Positions 1-10,198 are shown, counted from the stretch's first letter. The stretch: DNA of 64,000 bases from a bacterium (GCA_965261085.1 OZ253442.1:1408001-1472000); one strand, 5' to 3'. Notes: generated from the sequence alone by a model not told the origin. Program-made: numbers and translations.

Positions 1-26
1 TCCCGGTTTCCATGGCCGTTTCCATG

Positions 27-929
27 CTATGTGTTCTCCAATAGACTTGGGTCTATGACCTTGAGCGCGTCTTCCTCGGACCATGATTCGCGGTGAAAAG
101 GTTTTGTTGCGAACTCACGGCCCTGATCCATCGGGCACAGGGCGATGCAGGTGCTGCATGGGTGTGGTGGGCTGTCGGTGTAGGAGAGCCCTTTGGCGGC
201 CATGATGAGGGGTTTGCCCCTAAAAAGTGTTTTGAAATGTGTGAGGGCTTTCTCCGGCGCGACCAAATCCGGACGTATGACCATGCAGCGGTAGTGATCC
301 ACCGCGCCCTCGCCCGAGAGCGCGTTCGCGGGGCAGGCCTCTACGCAACGAAAGCCGCACTCACGGCAAAACTCCGGCACCGAGCCATATTGGTTGGGCG
401 TGTCGGGCTCGAGACGCGCTTCGGTGAATACCGCGCCCAGGCGAACGCGAGAGCCGTACTTCGGCGTGATCAGGCAGTTGTTGGCTCCTATCTCACCAAC
501 TCCCGCCTTCACCGCAGCAAGCCTTAAATCAAAGGAGCCCTGGAGGAAAACTTTTGGTTCCTGGCCTTCTTCTTCCACGCGAAAGTTCGTGATGTCGCGA
601 CCCGCCGGCGTGGCCCCCGAGAGATAGCCTCCGTCTTCGAGAAAAAGCGACAGGCGGTAGCAGGCTTCGTTCAGGAAGTTTTCTGGAATGTATTCACCGA
701 ATTCCATCGCGCCGATGCTGGGATATGGTGTTGCCGCGGCGAAGGGGATGCGCTTGGCCATCACGATCACGCTGTTCGCCATGCCGAAAAGGTCTCTGGG
801 GCGGCAGCCCGGCAGCGCCTCGCCGAAATCCTCCGCCGATGCGACCCCTACCAGATCCGCGCCCAACTCGCGGGCGGATCGCTTCACTTCTTGGGCATCA
901 ATGGATTTTGGGGCGTCGATTCTGTCCAT
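27..929 (-). CDS. QueG/epoxyqueuosine reductase-like 4Fe-4S (cobalamin-type) reductase
   Basis: N-terminal 'ARELGADLVGVAS', 'AAVKAGVGEIGANNCLITPKYGSRVRLGAVFT', and two Cys clusters (CxxCxxxCxxxCP ... CxxCxxxCP) typical of the QueG/reductive dehalogenase-like fold. Confidence 0.75.
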   Translation of the reverse strand: MDRIDAPKSIDAQEVKRSARELGADLVGVASAEDFGEALPGCRPRDLFGMANSVIVMAKRIPFAAATPYPSIGAMEFGEYIPENFLNEACYRLSLFLEDGGYLSGATPAGRDITNFRVEEEGQEPKVFLQGSFDLRLAAVKAGVGEIGANNCLITPKYGSRVRLGAVFTEARLEPDTPNQYGSVPEFCRECGFRCVEACPANALSGEGAVDHYRCMVIRPDLVAPEKALTHFKTLFRGKPLIMAAKGLSYTDSPPHPCSTCIALCPMDQGREFATKPFHRESWSEEDALKVIDPSLLENT

Positions 930-1200
930 GGAAAGCCTCGTGATTCCATCGTTGGCGTTCTTCGCGGTGACGTGAAGTTCGTCTTCTCCCGGAATTCCTG
1001 TGTTGCGCCGAAGTTTTCATTTCCAGAGCGATCCCGTTAATCTATCATACCGCCGTTATGAGACCAAATCATTTCGTGTGGGGCATATTTTGCTCTTTCA
1101 CCGGAAAAGCGCCGCCGCGTTTCATGACGGTGAAGAAAGGGATGGATAAGAGAGCTTCGATTCGAGAAAATCCTTCTCGCCGGCCTGGAATCGGGAGGAA

Positions 1201-1499
1201 CGCATTTACACGCATTTGCCGTCACGTGTTTTCGGGACGATGGAGCGTGCTCGGAAGGCCGTCCGACGGCCTTCGGTTTTGCAGGTGGCGGAGGCGGCGC
1301 GGACCGCTGGAGCCGGGTGGACGCTCCAGCGAAGTGAGGAACATGCAAAATGCAAAAAATAATATGTGAAAATATCGATAAAATTAGATAAATTCACGGG
1401 GTTTTTCAACAAATTATTTTTTTGGGAAAAGACGCCGCGGCATCGCAGCGCAGGGGGATTCTGCCATGGACCGCGCATTCTGCGATGACGGTAAATGCG
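1201..1499. repeat. Intergenic element with a 14-bp imperfect inverted repeat; core motifs shared with 15184-15300 and 46023-46137
   Basis: cgcatttgccgtca (1211-1224) vs tgacggtaaatgcg (1486-1499). Reverse complement of 1387-1407 (gaaaaaccccgtgaatttatc) is identical to 46023-46043. Confidence 0.5.
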
Positions 1500-1595
1500 C
1501 GGATTTACGGGGAGTTGCGGGGAAAAAGGGCGGAAATTTCGTGAATCGATGATTTTATCGTAGAATTCAAGGCGTATTTCATATCGAGGAGCGCC

Positions 1596-2678
1596 ATGAA
1601 TATTTCCAGACGCCATCTGTTGCAGGCTGTGGGGGGAATTGCGCCCCTGGCCGTCATCGGGATTCCGCGCGATGCGCAGGCCTCGATGATGGGTCATTTG
1701 TTCGATTGGCTGAACAACCGCCCCGTCGAGACCCCCGAACCCGGGGAGGGAATTCTCGAGTTCGCCGCGCGCGTTCTTCCTGAAATCACGGCGAATGAGA
1801 AATTCTACGTACAGAGCATCGGCCATTCTGCACCGAGGATATCTCGCCGGGAATGGCGGCTGAATATAAAGGGGGAGGTGAGCGCCCCGCTTTCGATTTC
1901 CTTTGCGGATTTGAGCGCGCTACGACAGGAGAAAACCTGGGCGACGATGACCTGCATCGGAAATCCGGTGGGCGGCGGGCAGATAGGAAACGCCTTGTGG
2001 GAAGGAATACCGCTCAAAACCCTCATCGAGCGCACAGGCGTGGCGGAAAGCGTGCGCCGATCGGTCTCCGCCAGGGTCATTTTTCGCGCGGCTGATGACT
2101 ACCATGATTCCATATCCGTAGAGCAGGCTCTGGATCCGAGAACGTTCCTCTGCACCCGGATGAACGGGGAATATCTTCCGCAAGACCATGGCGCTCCCCT
2201 CAGACTCCTGGTGCCGGGCACTTATGGCCTCAAGAACGTGAAGTGGATCGAATCGGTCGACATCTCCACCAAGGGGCATGGCGGCTATTGGCAAAGGCGC
2301 GGCTGGTCGAATGAGGCGATCGTCGAGACGCTCAGCCGTTTCGAAGCCCCCAGAAGACGCGTTGAAGTCAGAACGCCCGATATCTGGCTCGTTGGCTCCG
2401 CTTTTGCTGGAGAGCGGGGAATCCGCAGGGTGGAAGTCACCTACGGCCAGGGAAAGCGTTTGCGCCCCTGGACCCCTGCTTTGCTCAAAAAGCCCCTCGG
2501 GCCTCTCGCCTGGAGCGTCTGGGCGTTTCCCATGCGTTTTGAGGATAGTGGGTTCTACCCGGCGACGGTGCGGGCCGTGGACGGGGCCGGAGCGATTCAG
2601 ACGGACAAGATTTCAGATCCGCAGCCCGGTGGGTCGACCGGGCGCATGGGGCTTAGCATACATGTAAAAGGTTTATAG
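1596..2678 (+). CDS. Tat-exported molybdopterin oxidoreductase, sulfite oxidase/MsrP family
   Basis: Twin-arginine signal SRRHLL, Mo-ligand Cys in 'TMTCIGNPVGG', 'HGAPLRLLVPGTYGLKNVKW', 'GYWQRRGW', C-terminal dimerisation domain, GAGGAG RBS. Confidence 0.88.
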   Translation: MNISRRHLLQAVGGIAPLAVIGIPRDAQASMMGHLFDWLNNRPVETPEPGEGILEFAARVLPEITANEKFYVQSIGHSAPRISRREWRLNIKGEVSAPLSISFADLSALRQEKTWATMTCIGNPVGGGQIGNALWEGIPLKTLIERTGVAESVRRSVSARVIFRAADDYHDSISVEQALDPRTFLCTRMNGEYLPQDHGAPLRLLVPGTYGLKNVKWIESVDISTKGHGGYWQRRGWSNEAIVETLSRFEAPRRRVEVRTPDIWLVGSAFAGERGIRRVEVTYGQGKRLRPWTPALLKKPLGPLAWSVWAFPMRFEDSGFYPATVRAVDGAGAIQTDKISDPQPGGSTGRMGLSIHVKGL

Positions 2679-2703
2679 TAGGCGAATCGAGGCGACTCAC
2701 AGA

Positions 2704-2739
2704 AAAACCCCGCCGGGTACCCGGCGGGGTTTTGTCTTT
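2704..2739. terminator. Bidirectional intrinsic terminator
   Basis: Palindrome aaaaccccgccggg-ta-cccggcggggtttt between convergent genes. Confidence 0.85.
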
Positions 2740-2754
2740 CAGCGAGCGTGATGC

Positions 2755-3816
2755 TTAACGGCGTTTGCCGCCCACGATGTTCGTCGCGCGCTTTTGGCGC
2801 TTGATCATCCACTCTTTGGGCGCCTCGATGCCGCTGCGATCCAGAATGTCGAGGTTGTGCTTATAGGCCATGTAGTTCTTGATGTAGCTGAGCGTGCCGC
2901 CGCGGTGGGGGGCGCCGCCCGGCTGCCGGCCTTCAATCAGGTCGATTACGTTATAGACGGCCTGTTTGGCCATGGCGATCTGCTCGGCCAGAACGGCCGC
3001 ATGCACCCAGCCGTCACGAATGTCCTTCTCGATGCCGACGACGAGGTTGTGCGTCACGATCTTGATCTGGCCAGGCTTGTAACCGGCCGCTTTCACGGCA
3101 TCCACCGTGCCGCGGGCGATGAGCGTCGCCCAGGGATAGATGCCTTTTACGTCGGGGTGTTTCTTGAGCAGGTCTTCCGCCGTCTGGTAGGCGGCCTGCA
3201 CGTTGGACTTGGTGAATTCCTTGGCCACAACCTTGATTTTCGGGTAGTGGCTCAGGTAATCCTCAAAACCTTTGGCCATGGAAGTCACCATCTCGATGCC
3301 GCTGGGTCCGGGCAGCAGCATGACTTTGCCTTGGTACCCGATGGCGTGGGCCATGGTGGAGCCGATGAGAAGGCCCAATTCGTAGCTGTTTTTCATGACG
3401 CGGTTTTTGACGCGATTGCTGTCGAGGTCGATATTGTCCACGACGACCTTGAGGCCCTTGTCCATCGCCTTGTGCACGGCGTCCACCATGCCCTTGGTGC
3501 TGATGGGGCAGATGATCATCCCGTCGTATTTCGCAGCGATGATGTCCTCCACGTGGGCCACCTGCTTGGGCAGGAACTCATAGCCGCCCGCATCGAACAT
3601 CTTCACGGTTACGCCGGCGTCTTTGGCCGCCAGGACGCTGCCGTACCATTTCGAGAAGAAATAGGGGTCGACGCCGTTCGGCACGACTACGGCGATCTTG
3701 TATTTCTTCTTCGCCTTCATCCGGGCCGCATCGGCTTCCGGTGCTGCTGTCATCGACACGAACAGGAATGTGACGACAGAAGCGAGAATCATGAAAGAGC
3801 GAAACAGTTTCTTCAT
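2755..3816 (-). CDS. Sugar ABC transporter substrate-binding protein (RbsB-like)
   Basis: Signal peptide ending ADA, periplasmic binding protein type 1 pattern, operon with two permeases and an ATPase, GAGGAG RBS. Confidence 0.88.
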   Translation of the reverse strand: MKKLFRSFMILASVVTFLFVSMTAAPEADAARMKAKKKYKIAVVVPNGVDPYFFSKWYGSVLAAKDAGVTVKMFDAGGYEFLPKQVAHVEDIIAAKYDGMIICPISTKGMVDAVHKAMDKGLKVVVDNIDLDSNRVKNRVMKNSYELGLLIGSTMAHAIGYQGKVMLLPGPSGIEMVTSMAKGFEDYLSHYPKIKVVAKEFTKSNVQAAYQTAEDLLKKHPDVKGIYPWATLIARGTVDAVKAAGYKPGQIKIVTHNLVVGIEKDIRDGWVHAAVLAEQIAMAKQAVYNVIDLIEGRQPGGAPHRGGTLSYIKNYMAYKHNLDILDRSGIEAPKEWMIKRQKRATNIVGGKRR

Positions 3817-3905
3817 CTTGAATCTCCTCCTCGCAGAATGGGTTTCACGGACGGAAGCTCTCTCCTCCGCGAAAGGGAAAAATAACTTGCACTTGAGATT
3901 ACTTT

Positions 3906-4901
3906 TTACTCCTGCCTTTTACGTGAACTCAACACCACGGCCGTAATGAGCAAAACGCCTACCACCACCTCCCGGGCGAATGTGCCCACACCCAGGAGGA
4001 TGAGGCCGTTGAGCAAAAATGTCAGGAACAGCGCCCCGATTGCTGCCTGCCTCACGCCGCCCTCGCCGCCGTGAAACGTCGTGCCACCCACCACGGTGGC
4101 CGCCAGGGATTGGAACTCGAGCTGAAATCCCGCGAGACCGTTCGTGGCCGGAAGTCTCGCCAGGTAGAGAAACGAGGTGATGCCTACGCAGATGCCGCTG
4201 ATCAGGTAGCAAATGAGCTTCACCTTGCCGGTATCGATGCCCGAGAGGCGCGCGGCCTCTTCGTTTCCTCCGGTCAAATAGATCGCCCGGCCCAGTGCCG
4301 TACGTTTCGTCAGAAGATAAAGAACGATGAAAAAGAAAATGGCGATGAACAGCGTACCGGGGATATGGAAGAAATCCGTGAGGCCGATGGTTTGCAGAAT
4401 ATCTTTTTGCTCGTCCGTGAATTGGTGAATGGTGCGCCCGCCCGTGAATACCAATGCGATGCCTGCGCAGATGAAAAGCATGCTCAAGGTGACGATAAAG
4501 GGCTGTATCTTCACACGGCCCACGAGGTAGCCGTTGATGAAGCCGAACATCGTCGCCATTCCGATACCCATCAAGATGCCTACGGGAAGGCCGAAATCCA
4601 GGATGCCCTGCGCCATCACCACGCTCGAGAGGCTCAGCAGGGAGCCCTGGCTCAAATCGATGCCCGAGACCAGAAGCACCATGCTTTGCCCGGCGACGAT
4701 GAAGAACAGCAGGGAAGCGTTCCGCAGTTGGTTGGTCAGGTTATGGGCTTCGATGAAGTTGTTCACGTAGCCCATCAACTGAAGAATGTAAAAAATGACC
4801 ATCATCAAGATGAATACGGCTAACAAGCCGTATTTCTCGTAATTGAACTTGGCCAATAAGGAGGCGGACGGTCTGGCCGGAGCCTCCGCTACATTCGCCA
4901 T
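3906..4901 (-). CDS. Sugar ABC transporter permease (RbsC-like)
   Basis: 'GIDLSQGS', 'PFIVTL', 'GRAIYLTGGNEEAARLSGI', 'VVGGTTFHGGEG'. Confidence 0.92.
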   Translation of the reverse strand: MANVAEAPARPSASLLAKFNYEKYGLLAVFILMMVIFYILQLMGYVNNFIEAHNLTNQLRNASLLFFIVAGQSMVLLVSGIDLSQGSLLSLSSVVMAQGILDFGLPVGILMGIGMATMFGFINGYLVGRVKIQPFIVTLSMLFICAGIALVFTGGRTIHQFTDEQKDILQTIGLTDFFHIPGTLFIAIFFFIVLYLLTKRTALGRAIYLTGGNEEAARLSGIDTGKVKLICYLISGICVGITSFLYLARLPATNGLAGFQLEFQSLAATVVGGTTFHGGEGGVRQAAIGALFLTFLLNGLILLGVGTFAREVVVGVLLITAVVLSSRKRQE

Positions 4902-4916
4902 TATGTAGAATCTCCC

Positions 4917-5930
4917 TTAGTTTTTCTGCTCACGCAGGGTACTGACCCAGATGGATGAGAGAATCACCAGACCGACGATGATCTGTTGCCGGTAGGTGTC
5001 GATTCCCATGATGTTCAAACCATTCACCAAGAATATGATCAGGAAAACGCCCAGCGTCGTGCCCAGCACGCCGCCTCGCCCTCCAAAAATATGCGTTCCG
5101 CCGATGATGGTCGCTCCGATGGATTGGAGCAGTTGATCGCCGCCGCCCAGCCTCGGCTCGCCCGCCGCGCTGACGTTCGCCGAGAGAAGAAGGCCCGCGA
5201 AGCCGCACAAAAGTCCGCCTATACCGAAAATGGCGATTTTCATGGCCGGAAAGTTGATGCCCGCCGAAATTGCCGTTTGCTCGTTTCCGCCCAAGGCATA
5301 CACATAGGTGCCGAAGCGGGTGTATTTGAGCAGATACCACATGGCGCCCAGTGCGATGAGAATCCAGATGAATGTAAAGGGAATGGGACCCAGGTTTCCT
5401 TTCGCCAAAAGGACATATGCTTCTTCCACGTGCTTTGGCAGCGTTGCGCCCTCACGCGCGCCCCCCATTTGAAGGCCGCCGGTCCAAAGCTGGGCCGCGC
5501 CGCTGCCTATAAAGAGCATCCCCAACGTGGCGATGAACGGCTGCACCCTCATCACGCCGACGAAGAATCCGTTGATGACGCCGCACAACAGGCCGATGCC
5601 GAGGCCGGCGATAAGGCCGCCGAAAAACCCGAAGTGCAGCATCGCGCTCCAGGCCATCACGCTCACCACGCTCAAAATCGAACCCTGTGAAAGATCGAAA
5701 CCCCCCGAAATGATGACCAAAGTTTGCGCATAGGCCAGGAAAAAGAGCCAGGCATCGCGGCGTACGACGTTTACGAAGTTTTCAAGCGTGAGGAAGTTCT
5801 CGGTCGCAATAGTGTAGAAGAGCATCAAGGCGACAAACGCGGAAATGAGGAGTATACGCTCCCAAGGCATATCCTTGACAGGATATCCTAGAATTAATTT
5901 TTCATTTCCCGTAGAGGCCGCAGCACTCAT
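4917..5930 (-). CDS. Sugar ABC transporter permease (RbsC-like)
   Basis: 'GGFDLSQGS', 'PFIATLG', 'GTYVYALGGNEQTAISAGI', 'IIGGTHIFGGRG'. ATG at 5930 chosen. Confidence 0.92.
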   Translation of the reverse strand: MSAAASTGNEKLILGYPVKDMPWERILLISAFVALMLFYTIATENFLTLENFVNVVRRDAWLFFLAYAQTLVIISGGFDLSQGSILSVVSVMAWSAMLHFGFFGGLIAGLGIGLLCGVINGFFVGVMRVQPFIATLGMLFIGSGAAQLWTGGLQMGGAREGATLPKHVEEAYVLLAKGNLGPIPFTFIWILIALGAMWYLLKYTRFGTYVYALGGNEQTAISAGINFPAMKIAIFGIGGLLCGFAGLLLSANVSAAGEPRLGGGDQLLQSIGATIIGGTHIFGGRGGVLGTTLGVFLIIFLVNGLNIMGIDTYRQQIIVGLVILSSIWVSTLREQKN

Positions 5931-5984
5931 TGAATGTACCCCCAATCGGTCATGCCTGGATGAAACATTTTGGTGAAATGCGGA

Positions 5985-7943
5985 TTATTCCGCCGTCATG
6001 GCGTAGCGCAGGATTTGTTCCTGGGTTGCTTCATCCCTGTCGATATCTGCGGTGAGCCGTCCTTCGCGCATGACCAAAATCCGGTCGCTCATCCCGAGAA
6101 TCTCGGGCAGTTCGCTTGAGATCATCATTACCGCGGCGCCGTCTTTGGCGAGTTGGAGCATCTGCGAGTGAACTTCGAATTTTGCGCCTATGTCGATCCC
6201 GCGAGTCGGCTCGTCAAAGATGAGCACATTGGCGCGCCTGAAGAGCCATTTGGCGAGAACGACTTTTTGCTGATTACCGCCTGATAAGAAACGTATTTGC
6301 GTCTCCTGGTCCGGCGTCATGATTTTCAGCTGATTGATGTGCTCATCCACGAGGTCTTTTTCCATGGCCAGATTGAGCAGCCACCGCTTGATGAGGCGGC
6401 GCAGGTTCGCGCTCGTTGTGTTAAAGGCGACCGAGAGAACCTGGGTGAGTCCTTGGGTTTTTCTGTCCTCGGGTAATAGCCCGAGTCCTCGCCGAATGGC
6501 CAGGCCTGGGGTCCACTTGCGCTCGTGGGTGAGGGTTTTCAAAAATCGAAGAAGAACCATGGCGACGCCACCCCAGATCATGACCCATTCGAGAACGAAA
6601 TTTTGAGTGAAAAGGCTTGTCACGACCATCGCGCCTATCGCCAGGGCATACCATTTTGCGAAGTCGATGACCAAGGTGCGCCAATGATACTGCCGCTCCA
6701 TGAACCAGAGACCCGCTTGCCGTGTGATCACCAACCCGGTGGCGACGATATAGGGGGTGGGGCCATTCAGTATGTTGTACAACGGCCCGCCGATGATCCA
6801 CTCATAAAACCACTTGCCGCTGAACAACGGTGGCGGTGAATTCATGTTGAGCGTCACGGGATCGTAAATTCCCTGGAAAATGATGGTGAACAAGGGCAAA
6901 GCCAGCATAAAGACAAACACGTCCACGATGGCCATCCAAAGCGGATAGTGGGGGAGATTTCGTATCTCTTCTTTCTCTTTTGTCGCACTGGTCATCTCTA
7001 TGGAGCCGCCATCCACTGGGTCCGCACCCATGACGGCCCGCGCCACTTCGGTTCTCCCCGCACCGACGAGACCCGAAAGGCCGACGATTTCGCCATAGTG
7101 CAGGTCGAAATCGATGTCTTCGAATACGCCGTTTCTGGTAAGTCCGCGCACACGCAGAGCCACTTCCCCGCGCTCGCGGGGCGTCCAGGGGAATTTCTCA
7201 TCGAGTGTGCGTCCCACCATCTGCGTGATCAGGAAATCAAGCTCCACGTCCTTTACTTCCCACGTGCCGATGTATTCCCCGTCTCGCAGGACGGTGACGC
7301 GATCTCCGATTTCATGGACTTCTTCAAGACGGTGGGAAATGTAGATAATGCCGACGCCTTGCTCGCGTAACAGGTTGACCGCCTTGAAGAGCTCCTCGAT
7401 CTCATGTCCGCTCAAGGAGGACGTGGGTTCATCCATTACGAGAATCTTGCAGTCAAATGCAAGAGCACGCACGATTTCCACCATCTGCTGATCCGCCACG
7501 CTGAGAGAACGGATCGGCGCATTGACGTCGATTTTCACATCCAGGCGCTCCATGATCGCTTGGGATTCCTGTTCTACTCTGGCCCAATCCACGCGCTTCA
7601 TGACGCCGGGCAAGACAGGTTCTCGGCCCAGGAAGATGTTTTTCGCCACGCTCAAGTCGGGCACCAGGTTCAGTTCCTGGTATATGACGCTGATTCCCAA
7701 ATCACGCCCGGTTCTGGCGTCGGGAATAATGGTGGGTGTTTCGCTGATCTCAATTTCGCCTGAATCGGCGTGGTAGATGCCGGCCAGAATTTTGATGAGC
7801 GTGGATTTCCCGGCCCCGTTCTCGCCCAAAAGAATGTGAACTTCGCCTTCTATGAGATTAAAGTCGACTTCTTTGAGCGCATGAACGCCCGGGAAGGATT
7901 TGTCGATTTTCAACATGCTAAGCAAATTCTTGGATTCTGACAC
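5985..7943 (-). CDS. Sugar ABC transporter ATPase (RbsA-like, two NBDs) with a hydrophobic insertion
   Basis: GENGAGKST, MDEPTSSL, ISHRL, GLVGAGRTE, LSGGNQQK, DEPTRGID. 652 aa because of an insert in NBD2. Confidence 0.9.
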   Translation of the reverse strand: MSESKNLLSMLKIDKSFPGVHALKEVDFNLIEGEVHILLGENGAGKSTLIKILAGIYHADSGEIEISETPTIIPDARTGRDLGISVIYQELNLVPDLSVAKNIFLGREPVLPGVMKRVDWARVEQESQAIMERLDVKIDVNAPIRSLSVADQQMVEIVRALAFDCKILVMDEPTSSLSGHEIEELFKAVNLLREQGVGIIYISHRLEEVHEIGDRVTVLRDGEYIGTWEVKDVELDFLITQMVGRTLDEKFPWTPRERGEVALRVRGLTRNGVFEDIDFDLHYGEIVGLSGLVGAGRTEVARAVMGADPVDGGSIEMTSATKEKEEIRNLPHYPLWMAIVDVFVFMLALPLFTIIFQGIYDPVTLNMNSPPPLFSGKWFYEWIIGGPLYNILNGPTPYIVATGLVITRQAGLWFMERQYHWRTLVIDFAKWYALAIGAMVVTSLFTQNFVLEWVMIWGGVAMVLLRFLKTLTHERKWTPGLAIRRGLGLLPEDRKTQGLTQVLSVAFNTTSANLRRLIKRWLLNLAMEKDLVDEHINQLKIMTPDQETQIRFLSGGNQQKVVLAKWLFRRANVLIFDEPTRGIDIGAKFEVHSQMLQLAKDGAAVMMISSELPEILGMSDRILVMREGRLTADIDRDEATQEQILRYAMTAE

Positions 7944-8183
7944 GAGAAATCATTTCCGAAATGAGGTTTGATGAACTCCGTATAAATTGGTGAACGAAGG
8001 CGTACCATCACCCGCCATATTTGTACAGTCTCGATTTTTGAAGACTTGGCATACCTTATAGAGGTTGGGATTGTTTTTCAATAAGGTAATTTTGGGGAGG
8101 CCAAGTTGAAGGATCATTTCATCAACTATCATGGTATGATTCTCGAATGTGCGTGTCGAAGGAATTTTCATGAGGGACTTTTC

Positions 8184-8444
8184 ATGCGCTATCTTCAAGT
8201 GATGGGATTTGTTGTTATCATTCTTGGGGGTATGGCAGGCGCAGCCGTCGGGGAAACACGTAGCAAGACGGATGCCTGTTTGGTAACCCTGTATAACTAT
8301 CCTGCGGAGACGCCCCAGGATGTTTCGGAAAAGGTGTCGGCAAAATCGCTTTTGGGGTTGAAAAAGAACTTACGGGCAAGCAAAGCCGATGAGAATACGC
8401 ATTCGCAGATGGGTCTTCCGTTACAAAAACATACCTCAAAATAA
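8184..8444 (+). CDS. Small hypothetical secreted protein
   Basis: ATG after GAGGG, hydrophobic signal-like N-terminus MRYLQVMGFVVIILGGMAGAAVG. Confidence 0.45.
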   Translation: MRYLQVMGFVVIILGGMAGAAVGETRSKTDACLVTLYNYPAETPQDVSEKVSAKSLLGLKKNLRASKADENTHSQMGLPLQKHTSK

Positions 8445-8482
8445 ATCTGTTCTTCGAAATTCAAATCCATAGGCATACATCG

Positions 8483-9091
8483 TCACCGGTCGATGACGTT
8501 TCGGTATTCGGCGGATGGCGTGTGTTGCGCCGGCCAGTCCATCCCGTCTTCAAAACGCGCCAAAACACTTGCGTGACGCGCAAAACCACTCTCCAGCAAG
8601 GCGACCGAGACGATCTCCACGATGGCCGGCTCATCAAAGCCATGCTCGCGCAATGCCTGGAACTCTTCATCACTTAGTTGTTCGTTGAGCGTGAGTTTTC
8701 TCGCCACGCGGAAAACCGCTTTTTCCGCCTCGGGCAAATCGGCATTTTCAAAGTCGTGGAGTTTGTCCACTTCGCTCTCGTCGAGATCCATGCGGTGAAT
8801 GAGGTCTGTTTTGTGGAAGTTCACGCAACGGGGACAGTCCGAAGCGACCGCGCAAACCATCGCGATGCGATTGGTCAAATCGCGTGAAATGTGACCGTCC
8901 AAAACTTCCAGGCGTTTTTGCAGTTCCCAGAATCCCCTCAGGAGACCCGGCACGTGGGCGAAGAACCCGAATAATGGTCCCAGCCAGCGCGGGTCTTTCA
9001 ATCGGCATATCTCATCATAGATTTGCGAGACTTCTCCTTCGGCCTCATCGGGTTTTACGAGGCGGAAGGTTTCAAAGCCGGTTGTGCTCAT
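8483..9091 (-). CDS. AhpD/carboxymuconolactone decarboxylase family peroxidase-related protein
   Basis: 'IAMVCAVASDCPRCVNFH' (CxxC-xxx-H), C-terminal 'LREHGFDEPAIVEI'. Confidence 0.8.
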   Translation of the reverse strand: MSTTGFETFRLVKPDEAEGEVSQIYDEICRLKDPRWLGPLFGFFAHVPGLLRGFWELQKRLEVLDGHISRDLTNRIAMVCAVASDCPRCVNFHKTDLIHRMDLDESEVDKLHDFENADLPEAEKAVFRVARKLTLNEQLSDEEFQALREHGFDEPAIVEIVSVALLESGFARHASVLARFEDGMDWPAQHTPSAEYRNVIDR

Positions 9092-9180
9092 TTTTTCTCC
9101 CGGGAATGGTTGGTATGTGGATATGATTAGACTCTAACATCATTTTCATCGTGTGTGGCGAGCAGCATGATAAGCCAACT

Positions 9181-9210
9181 AAAAACCCCCCGCCGAAGCA
9201 GGGGGCTTTT
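9181..9210 (-). terminator. Intrinsic terminator downstream of the TAXI gene
   Basis: aaaaacccccc-gccgaagc-agggggctttt hairpin with a T-run on the minus strand. Confidence 0.7.
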
Positions 9211-9226
9211 AGTGTTTCGGTGTTGC

Positions 9227-10198
9227 TTACATCATGCCCGATTCTTTCCAGTAACGAGCGGCACCCGGGTGAATTTTGAGTTTCTTCATGCCGCGAAGGC
9301 CGGTCTTTTTGGTGACGAACTTTCCGGTTGGGTGGTATTTGGTGATTTTCTTGTGATTGTCATACAGGGCTTTAACGATCCCGTATGCGTTGTCGTTGCT
9401 CATTACGCTGTTGGTCATCAAAGTCCACATCTGACCCCAGCTTACGACGTCTTTTTTGTATCCGGGAATGGAGCCGGCGGTCACGACATCGCGCACGATG
9501 CCCGCTTCGTTCACAACCAGTGCTTTGATGGTGGCTTCATCGGGACCGAAGAAATGGAGTTTGCCGGAGAGCGTGCGCGCGAGTTCCATGTACACGGGTG
9601 CGGGAACGTTCGCGTTCAGAAAGAAAAAGCCCGCGTCCACTCTTTCGTCTCTGATGGCGGCTGCATTCTGGGGATTGTTGAAGAACTCTTTTTTCGCATT
9701 CACGCCACTGTGTTTAAGCGCAAGCTGCGTGACGATGTAAATCGAACCCCCGCGACCGCCGACGACAAATCTTCTTCCTGTGAGGTCGGACCATTTTTTA
9801 ATTCCGGAGGTTTTAAAAGTTGTATAGACGGTCGTCAATGGGTATAGGGCCCCTAACGCCAGCACGTCTTGAGGTTTCTTGAATGGTTTTCTTCCCGTTT
9901 GCCCCCAAGAGACGGCCGGCGCCGTGGCCATGCCTATGCGGAAAGGCTGCATTTTGTTCTTTTTCTGAAGGGTGCGGACGTTTGCGGTGGAACCACCGGT
10001 AATGGATGCAGATACCGAAATCTTTCCACCTGAGTTATCCGTGATGACTTTGCCCATCGCGGTTCCAATCTCGAAGGTGGCGCCGCCGGGCTGAGACGTA
10101 CCCAGAAGTATTTTGGCTGCGTTTGCCGCCGGGGCCGTGCCGATAACCAAGGCAAGGCCTGCTGCCAACGTAATCAGCCTAAGTGTAGATTTCCTCAT
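9227..10198 (-). CDS. TAXI-family TRAP transporter solute-binding protein
   Basis: Signal peptide, 'GTSQPGGA', 'TGGSTANV', 'DLTGRRFVVGGRGG', 'IHPGAARYWKE'. Confidence 0.9.
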   Translation of the reverse strand: MRKSTLRLITLAAGLALVIGTAPAANAAKILLGTSQPGGATFEIGTAMGKVITDNSGGKISVSASITGGSTANVRTLQKKNKMQPFRIGMATAPAVSWGQTGRKPFKKPQDVLALGALYPLTTVYTTFKTSGIKKWSDLTGRRFVVGGRGGSIYIVTQLALKHSGVNAKKEFFNNPQNAAAIRDERVDAGFFFLNANVPAPVYMELARTLSGKLHFFGPDEATIKALVVNEAGIVRDVVTAGSIPGYKKDVVSWGQMWTLMTNSVMSNDNAYGIVKALYDNHKKITKYHPTGKFVTKKTGLRGMKKLKIHPGAARYWKESGMM

